Below are positions 26,906 to 42,283 of a DNA stretch of 64,000 bases, piece by piece. The DNA comes from Chrysomallon squamiferum (lineage: Eukaryota; Animalia; Mollusca): assembly GCA_012295275.1 (NCBI GenBank), contig CM022669.1, forward strand, positions 6,262,001-6,326,000, in the 5' to 3' direction. Every line of letters begins with the position of its first letter. Position 1 is the stretch's first letter. The notes below the pieces were generated by a model. The model worked only from the letters and a program-made list of their open reading frames with translations, ran no database searches and was not told where the DNA came from. The translations under genes and the position numbers were made by a program.

Positions 26906-27490
26906 CATGCAGCCCCAACATTTCGGAGAAAAATAACGACATGAAAATATTTTTCGTAGACTGATACATTTTTCTTGTAGCCTTTTAAAAAAAATCTATT
27001 TGAAAAAGTATTTCCTTGTCTTGTAGTTTGAAATGTTAGAAATTAAAATGGACTGGTCGTTACTCTCACACTAAATATATGGATTCGAAGAATCCTTTTA
27101 AAGGTTTTTTTTACAAATATAAAGTGACATAAGTCAAGAGATGTGTACATTAACAAAAAAAAAAAAAAAATTATATATATATATAATAAAATACAACTGA
27201 TGAATTAAATTAATTAATTGACTGGAAAAAGAAGAAGCAGAATATAGAAAAGTTTCAGATTTTTAAGTTACACCTTCAGTCTTGTGATAAATATTAATTA
27301 AAAATACAAATAGTAATAGCAAATATATCACACCAACAACAACAACAACAATAATAATATTAAATAATCATCATCATTATCACAATCATAATGATGATGA
27401 ATACCATGATGAATATGGTAATATTAATGAGAATGATGACTATGATAAGGATGACGATAATGATAAAAATCGATGATGATGATCACCAAC

Positions 27491-27695
27491 CTTGTATAAT
27501 CAGACTAATTCGTTTGGTTTTCGGCGGATCAGTATTAATCTGACATTTGTAGATGCCAGCGTCATCAGTGGTGACGTTTCTAATGTGCAGATTCCAGTCG
27601 GTTAGAAATGGCCGCTCAATCGTAATGCGCATGTCATTAATCATCCGTCTGTCTTGCATACTAACTACAGTATGCGTTGGATTTACCCAAACAAC
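27491..27695 (-). CDS. Lachesin/DIP/IgLON-like gene, exon 3 (Ig domain 1, C-terminal part)
   Basis: Acceptor tttttcag|GTT, donor CAA G|GTTGGT; 205 nt, phase 0 to 1. VVWVNP...DWNLHIRNVTTDDAGIYKCQINTDPPKTKRISLIIQ; WNLHI..V...DxGxYxCQINT is typical of DIP/Lachesin Ig1. Confidence 0.95.
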
Positions 27696-28555
27696 CTGAA
27701 AAACAAAAATATACATACATACATATACATACATATATATTAAATGGCAAGACTGATATATATAATTTTATAGAAACTGGAGAGAAAGACAAAGAAAAAG
27801 ACAGACAGATATCTACGTAGATTCAGCGAGAATTAAACATAATTAAAACTATTTTGAGAATAAAAAGTATTCTTTTTTTAACAACAAGAACGAAAAACTG
27901 ATGCTTGAAAAACACGTCATCAACCTGAACTATGATGATGTAGATAACGAAAATGGCAACAACGAGGTTGTAACATTTACTTAAAAGAATGTTAAATATG
28001 ATAAAAAATGTTTATCAGAGAACTGAAATAAAACAGTTAAATTAAAATGGACAAAAACATCCGAGAAAGATCATCGGCTACTACAACGCCTCCCCTGAAT
28101 CTCACAAATTAACGCTTTCGTCGACATTTGCTATTAATTTCTCGACTTTTGGCTAGCGAACATTCCAAAGAAATAGAAAAAGTGAAAAAAAAAAAAAAAA
28201 AAATATGAGAGAAAAAATATTTGACACCAAGTGATTCTCAAAACTGGATTAATGGATGTTTCTCTAGGGTTTTTTTTTATTTTCGTTTTTTTTTTTTTTT
28301 TTTTTCTTTTTGTCGTTGTTTAATATCAGCTGTACTATTTACGATTTTTATGGACTGCAGCATATTTTGTGTGTGATTTAATAATTGTTGTGTGTTTTAG
28401 TTGAAGATACGAGAGGCTGAATGAAAGAATAATATGTGTTTAACATCATCTCGCCAAATGTTATTATTAACTCTTCGTTGATGTAAAGCAGATGTCTTTA
28501 TAATGATGACAACAGAGGAAAATGATTATACCAATGTTTTTTTTGCAAAAAGAAG

Positions 28556-28612
<57 letters not shown>

Positions 28613-28758
28613 ATTTAACGAACAAAGAAAGAAATAACATCGCTGGAAATTAAAACTTCTTAAAATGTCCACAAATAGACTGTCACATTTCATCTTTGTT
28701 GTCGAATTTGTTTGCCTTTTTCTTTCTTTCTCATTCTTACTATCTGTATACCTAATTC

Positions 28759-28793
<35 letters not shown>

Positions 28794-28856
28794 TCTATTT
28801 AATTATTTATCTTTAATTTATTTGTAAATTTTTTTATTTATTTTTTATTCACTCAC

Positions 28857-28984
28857 CCGATACTCGTCACTTTTTGCTTCTGTGTATTTTGGGTCAGCGG
28901 AGCAGGGAAGAATAGCAGTCGTTGCGGCAATGACCTTGACCGTCAGTGGCGTCTCGTCTATGACACGGTCATCTTGAGCGTAAC
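28857..28984 (-). CDS. Lachesin/DIP/IgLON-like gene, exon 2 (Ig domain 1, N-terminal part)
   Basis: Acceptor ttttatcag|GT, donor CGG|GTGAGT; 128 nt, phase 1 to 0. (G)YAQDDRVIDETPLTVKVIAATTAILPCSADPKYTEAKSDEYR, with TAxLPC carrying the first Ig cysteine. Confidence 0.92.
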
Positions 28985-29019
28985 CTGATAAAAACGAAGC
29001 GAAAAAATATATTTATATT

Positions 29020-29093
<74 letters not shown>

Positions 29094-30041
29094 CTATTCT
29101 GAGACTGTCCTCTCTCGCATGTTTTTGTTACATTACAAAATCTAATCATGTTATATTCCATTTCTGTTATCAAACAGCTTTAATTAGCAATCTCATTAGC
29201 TCAGAATGTATCTGTTATGTTTTTCTCTGGCGGAAACCTCGCAAGATCTGATGTTTCCTTGCGGCGCTTCCATCCAAAAATATAATTCCTATTATTGTGT
29301 GGATAATAAGGAAATGACTGTCGTACTTAAAACTTGTTGATAATATATGTTTGTTCTGACAAAGAGTTACTTCTTAACAAAGAGAGTATGACGTGGTAAT
29401 CCTGAAGTGCATTTAATAGACATAATATCGTACAGGAATAAGACCGTACAGGTGTATTTACATGTATGTACGTATGTATGTATGCATGTGTCCGCACGCA
29501 TATATACACACATACATACTTACATACATACTTACATACATATATACTTACATTATATACAGTATTTACATAAAAGCATACATACTTAGATTCATACATA
29601 CATATATACATGCATACAAAATACATACTTAAATATATATACACACACAAAGGAATACATAGATTATAAATTACATAATTCATTCACTTACTCTCCAGTT
29701 ATTAAATATCTATACAGTTTAAGTTTTGTGAGTCTTGACTATTTAACTATAATAAACATACAAATGTTAATATCGTCTTTCGCTATGCTTGCTGTATTAA
29801 AGCTTTGCAATAATCGATGGTAAATAAAAGTCAGTCAGTATAATATACATTATTAATAGTGTCACTAAACAAGCACTTCATTAACAATCGTCAGAGTAAA
29901 CAGACAAAAGTGATAATTAATTGTGATATCAAACTTCGGATGACACTGCCTAAGGATATTATGAGAAAATGATATACGCTAAATTAATAACAATAACTAC
30001 ATCGACAAATGTTGTTACTGCAGTTCCACCAATAATTGCCA

Positions 30042-30253
30042 CAGGGTGAACGAACATTCTTTATCTGAAAATCCGAAATCAGGAAATATTTTTTAGTGGT
30101 GGAGACAGTTATCGGATGGTTTACCGTACACAATTTTTGTTTACTGCATAAAATTATTAAAACTAATATATACAGTTATTTGAACACTAACTGATTATAT
30201 AAATAAAACACTTTCGGCCCCAAAGATTTCAGATCAGGAATTTTTAACCTGTA
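30042..30253. mobile_element. Degenerate Tigger/pogo-like non-autonomous DNA transposon (MITE)
   Basis: Left end CAGGGTGAA..ATTCTTTATCTGAAAATCCGAAATC and right end GGCCCCAAAGATTTCAGATCAGGAATTTTTAACCTG-TA are imperfect inverted termini. Internal TCGGATGGTTTA is shared with the copy at 61051. Confidence 0.6.
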
Positions 30254-30667
30254 TTTTCATGTAGTGAACGAGAGATATAAAGCACGGTATTGCGTTATTA
30301 ACTGCTTTTGTATGACATAACTGTAATAGATTTTAAACTTCACTAATAATCATGTTTTACACACTGTCTAAATACACACATGTACACATATATACACATG
30401 TACACATATATACACATATACATACACACACAGGAACACTAACAAATATCTGGACGTAATGTATATTAATATTTTATAGACGAACAAATGGACGGACAGA
30501 TGAGCGTATGGATGTAAATCAACTGACAACAACACAGAATTTTGGGTCCAGCATTTAATATATTGACATAACTGAAGCTAAAAGATGAAAAAATAATGTT
30601 TAAAAAAGTTACTGAAAATTAATATTAAAGAGAATTGCCCTAAGAAGTTAAGAAAAAAAAATTAAAA

Positions 30668-30737
<70 letters not shown>

Positions 30738-31177
30738 TAATAGTAATAATAATGATAATAATAATAAGAACAAGAAGAACAAGAAGAAGAAGAAGAAAAA
30801 AAGAATATAGATTAGTTTCTTGCTGAGACTGTTTTGAGCTGCGTTATAAGTTTAATTTTAACATGGCTGATTTAGAACACAAAGAAGGTGAAACTGGCAG
30901 CTAAATAACTCGTCATTAATGTCGCGTGAGCTGCAAACATTATGTCATATTAATGGGAAACATAATGACACTGCCCTTAGCGCTAACTTTGTCTTTGAAC
31001 ATTCAATATCCATTTTTCTAATAACGCGTGCTGAAAATAAATAAAGTCTTACCAAATAACGTTCTCGTCATTTTGAAGAAAATGAAGAGAGAAAAGTTAA
31101 AAGAAAAAAAGTCTACTAATATATGTTAACATTCACTCTAGATTGCAGATTAAAACAAGAAAAATCATTATATAGGG

Positions 31178-31262
<85 letters not shown>

Positions 31263-32474
31263 CCAACGAAACACCAAAAACAAGAAGAAAAAAGAAAAGT
31301 AATGTTGGAAAGAAAATGAGAGAAAATAGGTAAAAAAGAAACAACAAACAGAAAAAGAAATAATGGGAAAATAATAAATGAATCAAACACAACAACAAAA
31401 CAAAACAAAAATAAAAATTGAATGACAGAAGGAAAACGAAAATAAATAAACAGTCCGTACACTGATACTCCGTTCTATTTTTATTGTGGGGCTTACAACA
31501 ATACAATCGGCGTAGCGGAGATAAAAACTACGGTTACAAGAGACGTAAACCTGTCTGATTGCGCCTGGAGCATGATAATAACAGTACAGTAGCACGACTT
31601 CAAAGTAATAGCCATTTATCAATTGTATTTAATGATTTTAAATGTGCTTTAATAACCGTAACGGCTCTACAGGACAGCTTTGTCGTGTGATCTCTCCTCT
31701 GGGAATAATTTATATCTTCTTATCGCGCGACGATCGCAAAATGGTCGCGTTAAAATTATAACGTAAAGAGCCGCAATGGACCTTTTTCAAAAGGGAGTGA
31801 AACGAAATTCGTTTATGTTCCAGTGGCCCGTTAAATGTGGCTTGCATTTGATCCCAGAAGTATTAGGCAGGCAGAGGCGTCGTTTTTATATTCCATGCAA
31901 TATGGCGACGTCTGTCGGTGGGATAGATTTTTTGATTATGGACTGCACCGGCGTATGACTGAACAGATACGCTGTAAGGATAGAATAGCCTCGTGTTACT
32001 AAGTGTTATAGAGTGTGTTTTGATTTACTGTTGTTACCGGCTCTGATTTAATCCTATTCTTTCATTTTCAACATTTCACCTCTAGCCTTTCTGCTCCATC
32101 GCAAGTTGTTTTATTATTATTATTATTATTATTAATGTATTTTTGTTGTTGTTGTTTTTTTTCAGGTAGAAATATTTTCGTATTATTATTATTATTATTA
32201 GTGTTAATATCTGTCCTCACAGCAGTCGTAGTAGTAGAAGTTGTTGTAGAAAAGAAAAAAGAGGAAACACAGCTGATGCAATAGTAATAGTTAGAATGGA
32301 ATCGTTGGTGCGTTAATAACCAGGATTACAATTAATGGTTTTTCAGAATCAAAAATCATCAAATTACAACGTACATTTTACAGTTGTGCTTATCGCAAAA
32401 TTAAATAAACCCTGAAATGTGTAAACGGAGATAGCTAAGGGTAACCAATAAAAACAAGGCTCGTTAGAGATCGT

Positions 32475-32536
32475 GCGCACACATGTTCGGTATTCAAGCA
32501 CGTGTCGCGTGCAGCTGTGACGTCACACGCGTGAGC
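32475..32536. promoter_or_regulatory. Intronic motif cluster (E-boxes and full CRE) in intron 1 of the Ig gene
   Basis: ACATGT, CACGTG, CAGCTG, the 12-bp palindrome TGTGACGTCACA and CACGCGTG packed into about 60 bp of CpG-rich sequence. Confidence 0.4.
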
Positions 32537-33128
32537 CGACCCAGACGTCTGCGAAGTAGACATTTCGTGCTACTTCTGATAAGTGAACGTGTGCAACAGC
32601 AGACGTCGTGGCAGGTGTTTGAAGTTAGTATCACGAGTGTCAGTCCGTGTCATTCGTTTTCAGACAGATATTTTGTAATCTGGATTTCAAATAAACCAGC
32701 AGACACGTCTCAGAGGTTATATCTGGAAGCTGACGCGCAGTAAACGGTCCGATGTTTTATATTCCTCTTTTATTTTTTTTCTTCTTCTTCCCCCAATACA
32801 GTTAAACTCTTTTCATTTCTGAATATTACATGAAGAACAATTGCAGAAAAATATGTTTTTTCAATTCTTTTTCTTCTTCTTCCCCAGTTCTTCATTTCAT
32901 TTTTTTTTTTTTTAATTTTACCTATTTTCTTTTTGATTGATTGATTGATTGATTGATTTATTTTTTTTCTCTAATATTCTAGAACTCCCTATGAGTCAGT
33001 CTCGTCAAATTAAAATAAAAGTCTTAAAAACAGTAAACTTGAAGGTGAAAGCAATAAATAAAACAAAAAAAAAACAAAAAACGATTCTGCCCTCCAAAAT
33101 CAACAATGTAATATAACTTCTTTGACGT

Positions 33129-33209
<81 letters not shown>

Positions 33210-35740
33210 GTGCACTCGCACTTTTTCTTTTCGTTGCTTTTCTGTCTATTTTTTAACCATAATTTAATGTATTTTAATTAAAAGAGACAGCAACACTTAA
33301 AATTATATTAAGGAAGAAAAACGAAGTTTGAACAATTACAGAACATTTCAGTCCAGTCTGACAAATTATAGACGCCAGACCTTTCTTCTGCTAAATCGCA
33401 CTAGTGTCTGACATGCGGGATTGTTTCAGCAAACATAACTGAACAGAAAAAAAGACAACAAACTGAAAGAACATGGACGAACTTAATGGACAACAAGAAC
33501 AACAAAAATATATTATAAATATGATCATGATCATGATGACTTCGAGGATGATGTAAATAATAATAATAATGATGATGTAGATGATGATGATGACAGATAA
33601 AAAACATGGATGGAATATGAAATATATAAATAGTAATTAATATGACGACGACGATGATGGTGATGACTATGATATAAATCAAAATTGAAGTTACAGACCT
33701 TATACAAATTAATAATAATAATAAGAAGAAGAAGAAGAAATAAATAAATAACTGAAAATTAGTATGAAAAAATAGTGTTATAATAGAAAATATATAGATA
33801 TATTAATTTATCTGTCTCAAAAATCTTTGCGATTATGCGCATAATCCTTTTTCAAAAAAAAAAAAAAAAAAATAATAGAATTCTGTAGCAGAAAAGTCTG
33901 TGAGTCTAGTCTGTTGAAAAACCTTATTTAAAACAGAGTTTTTTCTTTTTTGTCGTAATTTTTTTCTCTCTCTCTTTCTCTTTCTCTCTCTTTGTGTGTT
34001 CTTTATCTTTTTATTTGACTTTAACCAGCGTACAGACATTACCCATCAACACTGACTTTAAAATTTCTTTTCCTTTCTTTCATCATCGCTTTGAGTCTAA
34101 AGCTTCTTTAGCGCTGTCTTAATTTTCTTCTGGCACTAATAAGTTCGCTCAGCCGCCGAAGAGGGCGCTGATGCACTAATACGATCTACAAAACAATGCA
34201 AATTGCTTTTTTTACCCTCGGTTTTATGGTCTCTGGTTTTTTTTTGTGTGTGTTTTTTTTTTTTTTTCGATCTTGTTTAACATGTATTCCGATCACGGAA
34301 CGAGGCTCGGCATGTATGAGCGAAGATTGACAATCTCTGATTAGCACTATCTCGACGTTTATTACGGATCACAAGCCACCAAAGCGGTCTTCAAGAAAAG
34401 CGAAGCAATAATCGGAAATCCAAGGGGTCACAAGGAAGCTTTGGTTTGTTGTGCGATTTTAAAATACGACGTTTGGAAGGTTTTTTTTTTCTTCTTCTTC
34501 TTGTACAGTTTTTAAAGTAGTTTAAGATAATGTGGAAGTGTGATTTGTTCTTAAAGAATTGCTAAGTAGTGGAAGACATCGTGGTCTCAACTCAAAGAAT
34601 TCTAAAAGTAGTTTCAGAAAACATCAAGCGTGAATTTTAACATATATTAGTATATATTTTTTGTTTTAAATTTTCTATCTTAATTTTCCTCAAAATGATG
34701 AGAATGTTATTTGATAAGACTTTATTTATTTTCAACCCGTCTTATTAGAAGAATTACAGATGAAATTTGAATAAAATAATTAAAACATTGGTTTTGGGGT
34801 TTTTTTAAAATTATTTAGTCATGTTTATTATATGATACTGGTGAGGTGATGATAAAACTTATTAAATATTCATAGACATTTAATTGCGTGTATGTGTGTG
34901 TGTGTTTGAGTATCTGTATGTCTGAATATATGTATGTTCTATGTATTTAATTATGTATGTACGTTTGTACATGTACATACATATGTCAGTATATGTTAAA
35001 ATATGTATGTATGTATAAAAGTATGTATGTGTATATGTATGTATGTGTGTGTGTAAGTATTAACTATTTCTGTCTCTCTCTGGTTGTATTAAGCCAGCAT
35101 GTACTTGTCACACCTTTTTATAAGCCACAGTTTTTCATAAACCGATACAGAACACAGCTAATACAGGCAATAACTCATAGTGGATTTCGCTTCTGAACGC
35201 CAAATCCTGCTTCTCTGCGATGGAATGAAAGTATCGAACTTCGTGCTACTTTATGTTACTGTTTTGTGAAAATGACCCGCAGTACTCCTCACACTCGATA
35301 CGAGCATCTAGATTTATGATCCACTGCAAACATATTCACGAAGCCGTAGCTGAGATTGTCTTTATTAAAATCGACTTCAAATATGGCTGATCGAAGTGGT
35401 TTCAATCAGGAGAGTTAAGACTTTAGATAAATCATCTTATCGGAGATTTCGAGAGGCGGCTTGTTGGGTCAGTGAGGCAGAGTCAGAGGTTCGTTTAGAC
35501 TTGAATAAACTCTTATCTCACTGTAGCGTCATTGTCAGCCTTCGTTTTTTTTTTTTTTTTTTTTTTAAACTGTATATTTTAATTTTTTTATATGATATGC
35601 ATTTACGTTATGGGAGAAGAGTGACAATGACTTTTAACGGATGATTTAATGATGTCGAGTAACAGCATAGCAGGCGTAGTGCATAACCTTTTTAACGGAT
35701 CGCTTCTCATTGCACTCTCCTAAACAGATATATTAGGGAA

Positions 35741-35875
<135 letters not shown>

Positions 35876-36824
35876 TAAATCTATCAAATTTTATGTTACA
35901 TTAACGTCTTGAGTACTATCTATCTATCCCTATCTATCTATATATATGTGTGTGTGTATATATTAAAAACAAATTATATATTACATTAACGTCTTGAGTA
36001 CAGAGGTCCCCCAAATTGTCTTCTTGAGCCTTCAGTGATTGTAAGCATATTTCAAAGGGTTAATTCAAATTCTAAGCCAGGAAAGAGTTATCACAGAATA
36101 CGTTTACATAACAACTTAATTCAAATATTATAAAACATCCCTTTTGGTCTTTGACCTCCTGAGTTAGTTCCAGACCCTTTCACGGCGAGTTACTTCATTT
36201 AATTTTTCTATCTTTCTTTATCATTACCATCGTCATCATAATCATTGTCGCCTTCCTTATTACAGTTAGTTATAAATCAAAAGTTTTCTAATCAATCGAT
36301 CAAGCCCTTTGAAGGTGCTTTCTCCACCTTATATAACAACATAAAGCTAACCAGTCTGTGAAATTTTGATATGCGCTGCTAAAGCAACCAAAAGTTTTAT
36401 TTTATTTAGGCTCTTGCTGCACGTCGTTTCTGAAAATCGATTGTTATGAACGCGTCTATAGAAGATCGATGCATGCTTGAAATTCATCTCCTATATTACA
36501 AATCCATAACCAGTTTAGTTTCAAAAATTTGACGTCATGGACCAAGTACGGGGAAACACTGGCTGTAAATGTACACTTTATAAAGATTGTATCTCGTTTT
36601 AACACCGAAAATTTGAACGATGTTAAAATGGTCAATATCTTTCATGGACGTTTTTCAACGACGTCATCATTCTTTACTGGCTATTTCGTTATTAATAAGC
36701 AAAACCATTGATATCTGTTACTATATCAGTGTCTAAATGTTATCATCACCAACATCATTATTATCATCGTCATCATCATCATTCTTTTTCTTTTTCTTCT
36801 TCTTCTTCTTCTTCTTATTACTAT

Positions 36825-36862
<38 letters not shown>

Positions 36863-39370
36863 TATCATGTAGATAACAAGTCAGTTAACCATGTACTTTT
36901 ATACATATACATATACATACATATATATTTATATATATATATAGTCATCTGTATTATACCCGAAACTGAAAACTAACTCAAAGATTTCAGCCTTCGAAAT
37001 TCTGAAGATAGCTCATGAAAGCTTCAAGGATCGATTCTCGAAGACGGAGTAATAACATGTGCTTTTGTGCGTACGTATTTGTATTTATATTTCGTTTAAA
37101 GTTTTATTTCAGCATCTATAAAAATTACAAACAATACCTTTTTCATTCACATCGACTCGAAAGCAAAATTTTTTGCCATTTAATGTAAATCTTTATACAT
37201 TAGGCCAAAAAACAAAAATATTTGTTTAACATCCACTGAATAAAAAATTTTTCTACGTACAGTTTTTACATTTTATTTCAAAAATAAAAATAAAATGTAT
37301 CTGGATGTCGGGGGTCTTTATTTGATCGTATAGGAATGGTAAACAAATTATTTTGATATGTTGCCTTACGTATAAACAAATATCATCATACAAACTGAAG
37401 AAGGCAATAAACTAAAATAAGAGACAAAATATAAGAGAAAGCCTCTGTAATAAATATTTCATACATGAAAAGAAAGCAAACCATATAACGATTTACTACA
37501 CACAGAAGCATTAGTTATGTACAAATATAATGACACAGCAAACTACATTAGGAATGCTCCCTATTTGTGAACAACACTGGAGGTTGTCTCTGGGGCGAAT
37601 CACTTTGTATTGACATAGGAAATGAACATTCATCTGTAAGGTTACAAAGACGGAATGAAATAATTTGAAATAATCTAACAGCAAGTTGTTAGACATCGAA
37701 TCAAATGATTCACACATTGCAAATGGCGTTCTTCGGGGATAAACAGCCTCCTCCCAATTGTTATCTGGAAATTCGTTTCATTCTGAAGTGTCGAACTGTG
37801 TTTGAATTTATATATTGTCGTTGGTGTTATGTTGGGTCGGCGATCGATGGTGTTGTTAATAAAATAAAAATGACAACTCGACTTCAGAAGACGATTTAAA
37901 AAAAAAAAATGTGTATCTTTCATTTCTTTTCTTTTCTTTCTTCTTCTTCTTTTTTTTTTTTGTGTGTGTTTATCCTTGTGAAAAGTAAACCTAGTCGGCA
38001 TGATTAAATATTTTATTAGTTTATGTTTAGTTAAAATGAATCTGAATAAAGCCCCAGTGCAGAGCTCAGAAAAATCAAGTTTTTAAAGGATGGATACAGA
38101 AGAGAAGAGAAATCAAAGATACACACACACACACATATATATATATCAGTGTTTTTTTTTTTTTTTTTTATCCTTGTGAAAAGGAAACATAGTCGGCATG
38201 ATTATATATATATATATATATATATGCAATACCAAATATTACAAAATAACATAAAATAGACCATATATATCAGAAACGTATTTTCAATAATAATAATTTA
38301 AAAAAAACAACATGAATAATTAATAAATGAGGATGTAGTTAAATATTTGAAGGTCAGATTTCTAAATAAAACTGATAACGAATATGACTAACTTTTCATA
38401 ACAAGATTAGAAAAACTCCTCAGCAATATTGTATAAAAAGAAATTTAAAAAAAAAAAAAACTGGAAAACTACAAGAATGCAGTACTCTGAAATAAAAAAA
38501 AGGGAATTGGTGAGGTTTTACGTTAAAACGTCGCATTCAGAGAAAACATTTAGAGGCTCCATTCTTAGAACAGCCTTACACAGATTATTTGCCCGCTGCA
38601 GACTATACTCAGTAAGTTTTTACTGTTTCAAAGTTTGTGTACAAATGCGTTCCTTGATACAGGAAAGTGGACGTAAAAGACATTTTGCTGCTAATCCGTA
38701 ACGGCAGTCTATTAGTACACCGATGAGATTTATATTTCAGGCTATCGTTTATTTGAAAAGAGATTACATCAAAATAAGCAAACAGCTCCGGAGAATAATC
38801 AACATTCGTAAATAAATTACGTAACATTAAATGCCCACTTGAATCTCCTACTTTCGCTGAAAAATCCAAGCATCGGATATTTAGTTTAAATTCAAATTAG
38901 CCCGAATTACCGTAAAACTTGTAATAATCGGCTGCTGAAAAGACCCATAAAACAAACATTATCTCGAAAGCGTGTTCCTTTTTTTTTTTTTTTTTTTTCT
39001 CTCCCGTGTACCGGAGGGAAATTAGAAATATCGGTCTATTAAATCCCCATGTTTGTCTGTATGAATCAGCGACTACACGGCTAATAAGCAAACACAAGGA
39101 ATCCAGAGCCAGAGTTACTCTCTTTTGAGCCGTATCGGATGCGGACACAGAGTTTCATCGGATAATCTCTGTGGTGCCATTACGAGAAAGAAAAGATAAA
39201 ACAACGTAAATGGTAAATACGGTTTCTCCAGAGACGAGGAGAGGAAATATTGTTAGATTTGTGTATCATATCGTAACCAGACAATGTAAAAATATATATA
39301 TATACGTAGTACTGAGTCTATATTAATAAATGTCTGTCTGCCTATTTTGTAACGAAAATCTGATTATTTC

Positions 39371-39518
<148 letters not shown>

Positions 39519-39745
39519 CTCGTTCTCCCTCTCTCTTTTTCTTTATCTCTGTGTCGTTTTCTCTTTCGTCTCTTTTTCTGTGGCGAAGTTTCATGTCATT
39601 ATCTCTCTATTTTTATTTTTCTCATTTATCTTTTTTATTTTATTTATCTTTTTCACTCTTTATATTTTTTGTCTCTTCGTTTGATTTGTTAGGTTTTTAT
39701 TTCTTCTCTCTTTCTCACTCATACGCACACACATAGACACACACA

Positions 39746-39794
<49 letters not shown>

Positions 39795-41611
39795 ACACAC
39801 ACGATATCTCATTTTCTGTTCCCATACAAACATAAATGTCATCGAAACAAGTTTCAATTATTTTTCTATTTAGAAAACAACCTGCAATTCTCTCTTCTGT
39901 TTTTATTTCTCTCTCTCTTTCCTTACAAATGCTAATTTTATCCAACATTACCTCAGTTCCCACCAATGAACAAAACTAAAAAAAAAACCACCTAAAAACC
40001 CCTCGCATCTGTCACAAGTTCCAACTCTGACCCGGCAGTCAAAAGCCAATAAATTGTCTTCTTGTAATGAAGGCCTGGATACCAAAAGTACTTGCTCTAA
40101 AAGGCCACAATAAGATTGTCTTTGATTTGTTCATTCAAAAGCAACTGATTGTCCCAATATAACAAATTGATAAATTTTGTCATCGATCCTCGCCGAAATG
40201 CCAGGAACCAATTTCGTTATTGTGACTCTGGTCTCGTTTTGACAAGTGCTCGGTTGCTGGTCTTGTAGATTCTCGCAGATTCTCCGTCTCAATTTGAAAA
40301 ATAGACAAATCATTGCTTTCAACAATTCAATCTCGTCGCCATGCGAATATGATTAACTGTGGTGGAAAATTGTTGAAATTTTACTTTAAACTTTCCCATT
40401 AGCGCGACGGCGGTTCAAGAAGACAGTGTAGGGGAGGAATCGTCACTCGGAAAAGAAATAGAAATAAAAGTAAACAAGCAATGTGTAAAACAAGGGAGAT
40501 TAATGAATGGATGAATGAAAGAAAGAATAATGAAAGAAAGAAAGAACGAAAGAAAGAAAGTTATAAAGCAAACGAAAGGAAAGAAAGAAGAAGGGTAAGG
40601 TATGTCGATCGAATATTAACATTTTAGCATTAAGTCGTCTGTTTCCTCTTATTTTGCTTCTTGCTACGAAAGTCTCAGCTTATTTGTCTACTTGTAGTTT
40701 GCTTATCTGTTTGTACACCGAGACACCCTTTTGTTTGTATGTTTGTATGTTTTTGTGTATGTATATATCTGTCTGTTTGTCTATGTATGTGTATGGATGG
40801 ATGTATTATGAATATATGTTTGTATATGTATATATTTTTGTATAAATGTATGTATGTATGTATGTTTGTATGTATGTATGTATGTATGTTTGTATGTATG
40901 TATATATGTATGTATGTACGTATATATGCATGTATGTAATTATAAAAATTTCAGTTCAGCTACATATTAAACAAAATGTAACATAACAAACAAAAAATAT
41001 TCGAAACATTATTCCATATTATTTTTTAAGCCAAATATTGTGAAAAAACACAAAAACAAATTAATTATATTTGTTGTTTTTTTGTTGTTGTTGTTTTAAC
41101 ATTTCGAAACTGTGAAGCTTAATAAAATCTCAAAATGAGATTTAAATTCTAAATATTTTCCTCTGGACTTTTTAATGACTGAAGAAATATGATTACTGAA
41201 GAGTTTATTTTCATTTTGTCATATCTTCAAGCTGCACTGGCACCGTGAGGCGACGGTTTGACAAAGTAAGGATATTAATACAGCGAATTCTCCACAAGTC
41301 GCCTGACAAATCCGCGACAGGGCTCCATTAAAGCCCGTGCATGGCCGCACAAGGATAAAAGATTTAATTGCCGTGGACTGGATTAGATCTGAAAATATGT
41401 CAGTTACCGGAATTCGTAAGCTGTGCAGTTTGACAAAGTTAATATCTTTTTTTTTTTCTTCTTCTTCTGTACGTATTTTGTGGCAGTGTTACTGAATATA
41501 AGAATTTTGTCACCAGAACAAAACCTACCTTCAAAACAACTGCCCTTTTCAGTTGTTGGTAACTGTCATAGAATTAGAACCAAAAAGTTTTTACTGGTGC
41601 TGCACCTACGT

Positions 41612-41950
41612 CAGCTGCTACTACTACTATTACTATTACTGCTACTACTACTTCTACTACTACTACTACTACTACTGCTGCTGCTGCTACCACTGATTCT
41701 GCTGCTGCTACTACTACTACTACTACTACTACTATTACTGCTACTACTGATTCTGCTGCTGCTACTACTACTACTACTACTACTACTACTGCTACTACTG
41801 ATTCTGCTGCTGCTGCTACTACTACTACTACTACTACTACTACTGCTACTACTGATTCTGCTGCTGCTACCACTACTACTACTACCATTATCTTGTTGTT
41901 GTTGTTGTTGTTGTTATTATTATTATCATCACCATCATCATTATTATCAT
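41612..41950. repeat. Compound (CTA)n/(CTG)n repeat with four ~51-54-bp higher-order units anchored on CTGATTCTGCTGCTG
   Basis: Anchor recurs near 41693, 41746, 41797 and 41852. It produces the spurious poly-Leu and poly-Val ORFs. Confidence 0.9.
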
Positions 41951-42248
41951 TCTTCTTCTTAAGATTCTTATTATCACACATCCTTTTTAATTTTCAGTTT
42001 TTTTCAATTGCTGGCACCTATAGCCTTTTTTTTTTTTTTTTTTTTCCATCTAGTTGGACTTAACGTATTTATCATAATTTATTGGCTTATTTGAGTCATT
42101 TAATTAACATTATTTTTTATTATTAATTATACATAAACTTCTTAATATTCTACATAAACTTCTACAATATTCTTTTTAAAAAAAAGAGTCAGACTTAAAG
42201 TAGAAACAACCTGAAAATTGTAACCATGCTGTATTAAAATGAACAAGT

Positions 42249-42283
<35 letters not shown>

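Noticed and set aside
41423-41981. 179-aa poly-Leu and 135-aa poly-Val ORFs as membrane proteins
   Set aside because: Translations of (CTA)n/(CTG)n repeats inside intron 1 of the Ig gene; no domain or splice support.
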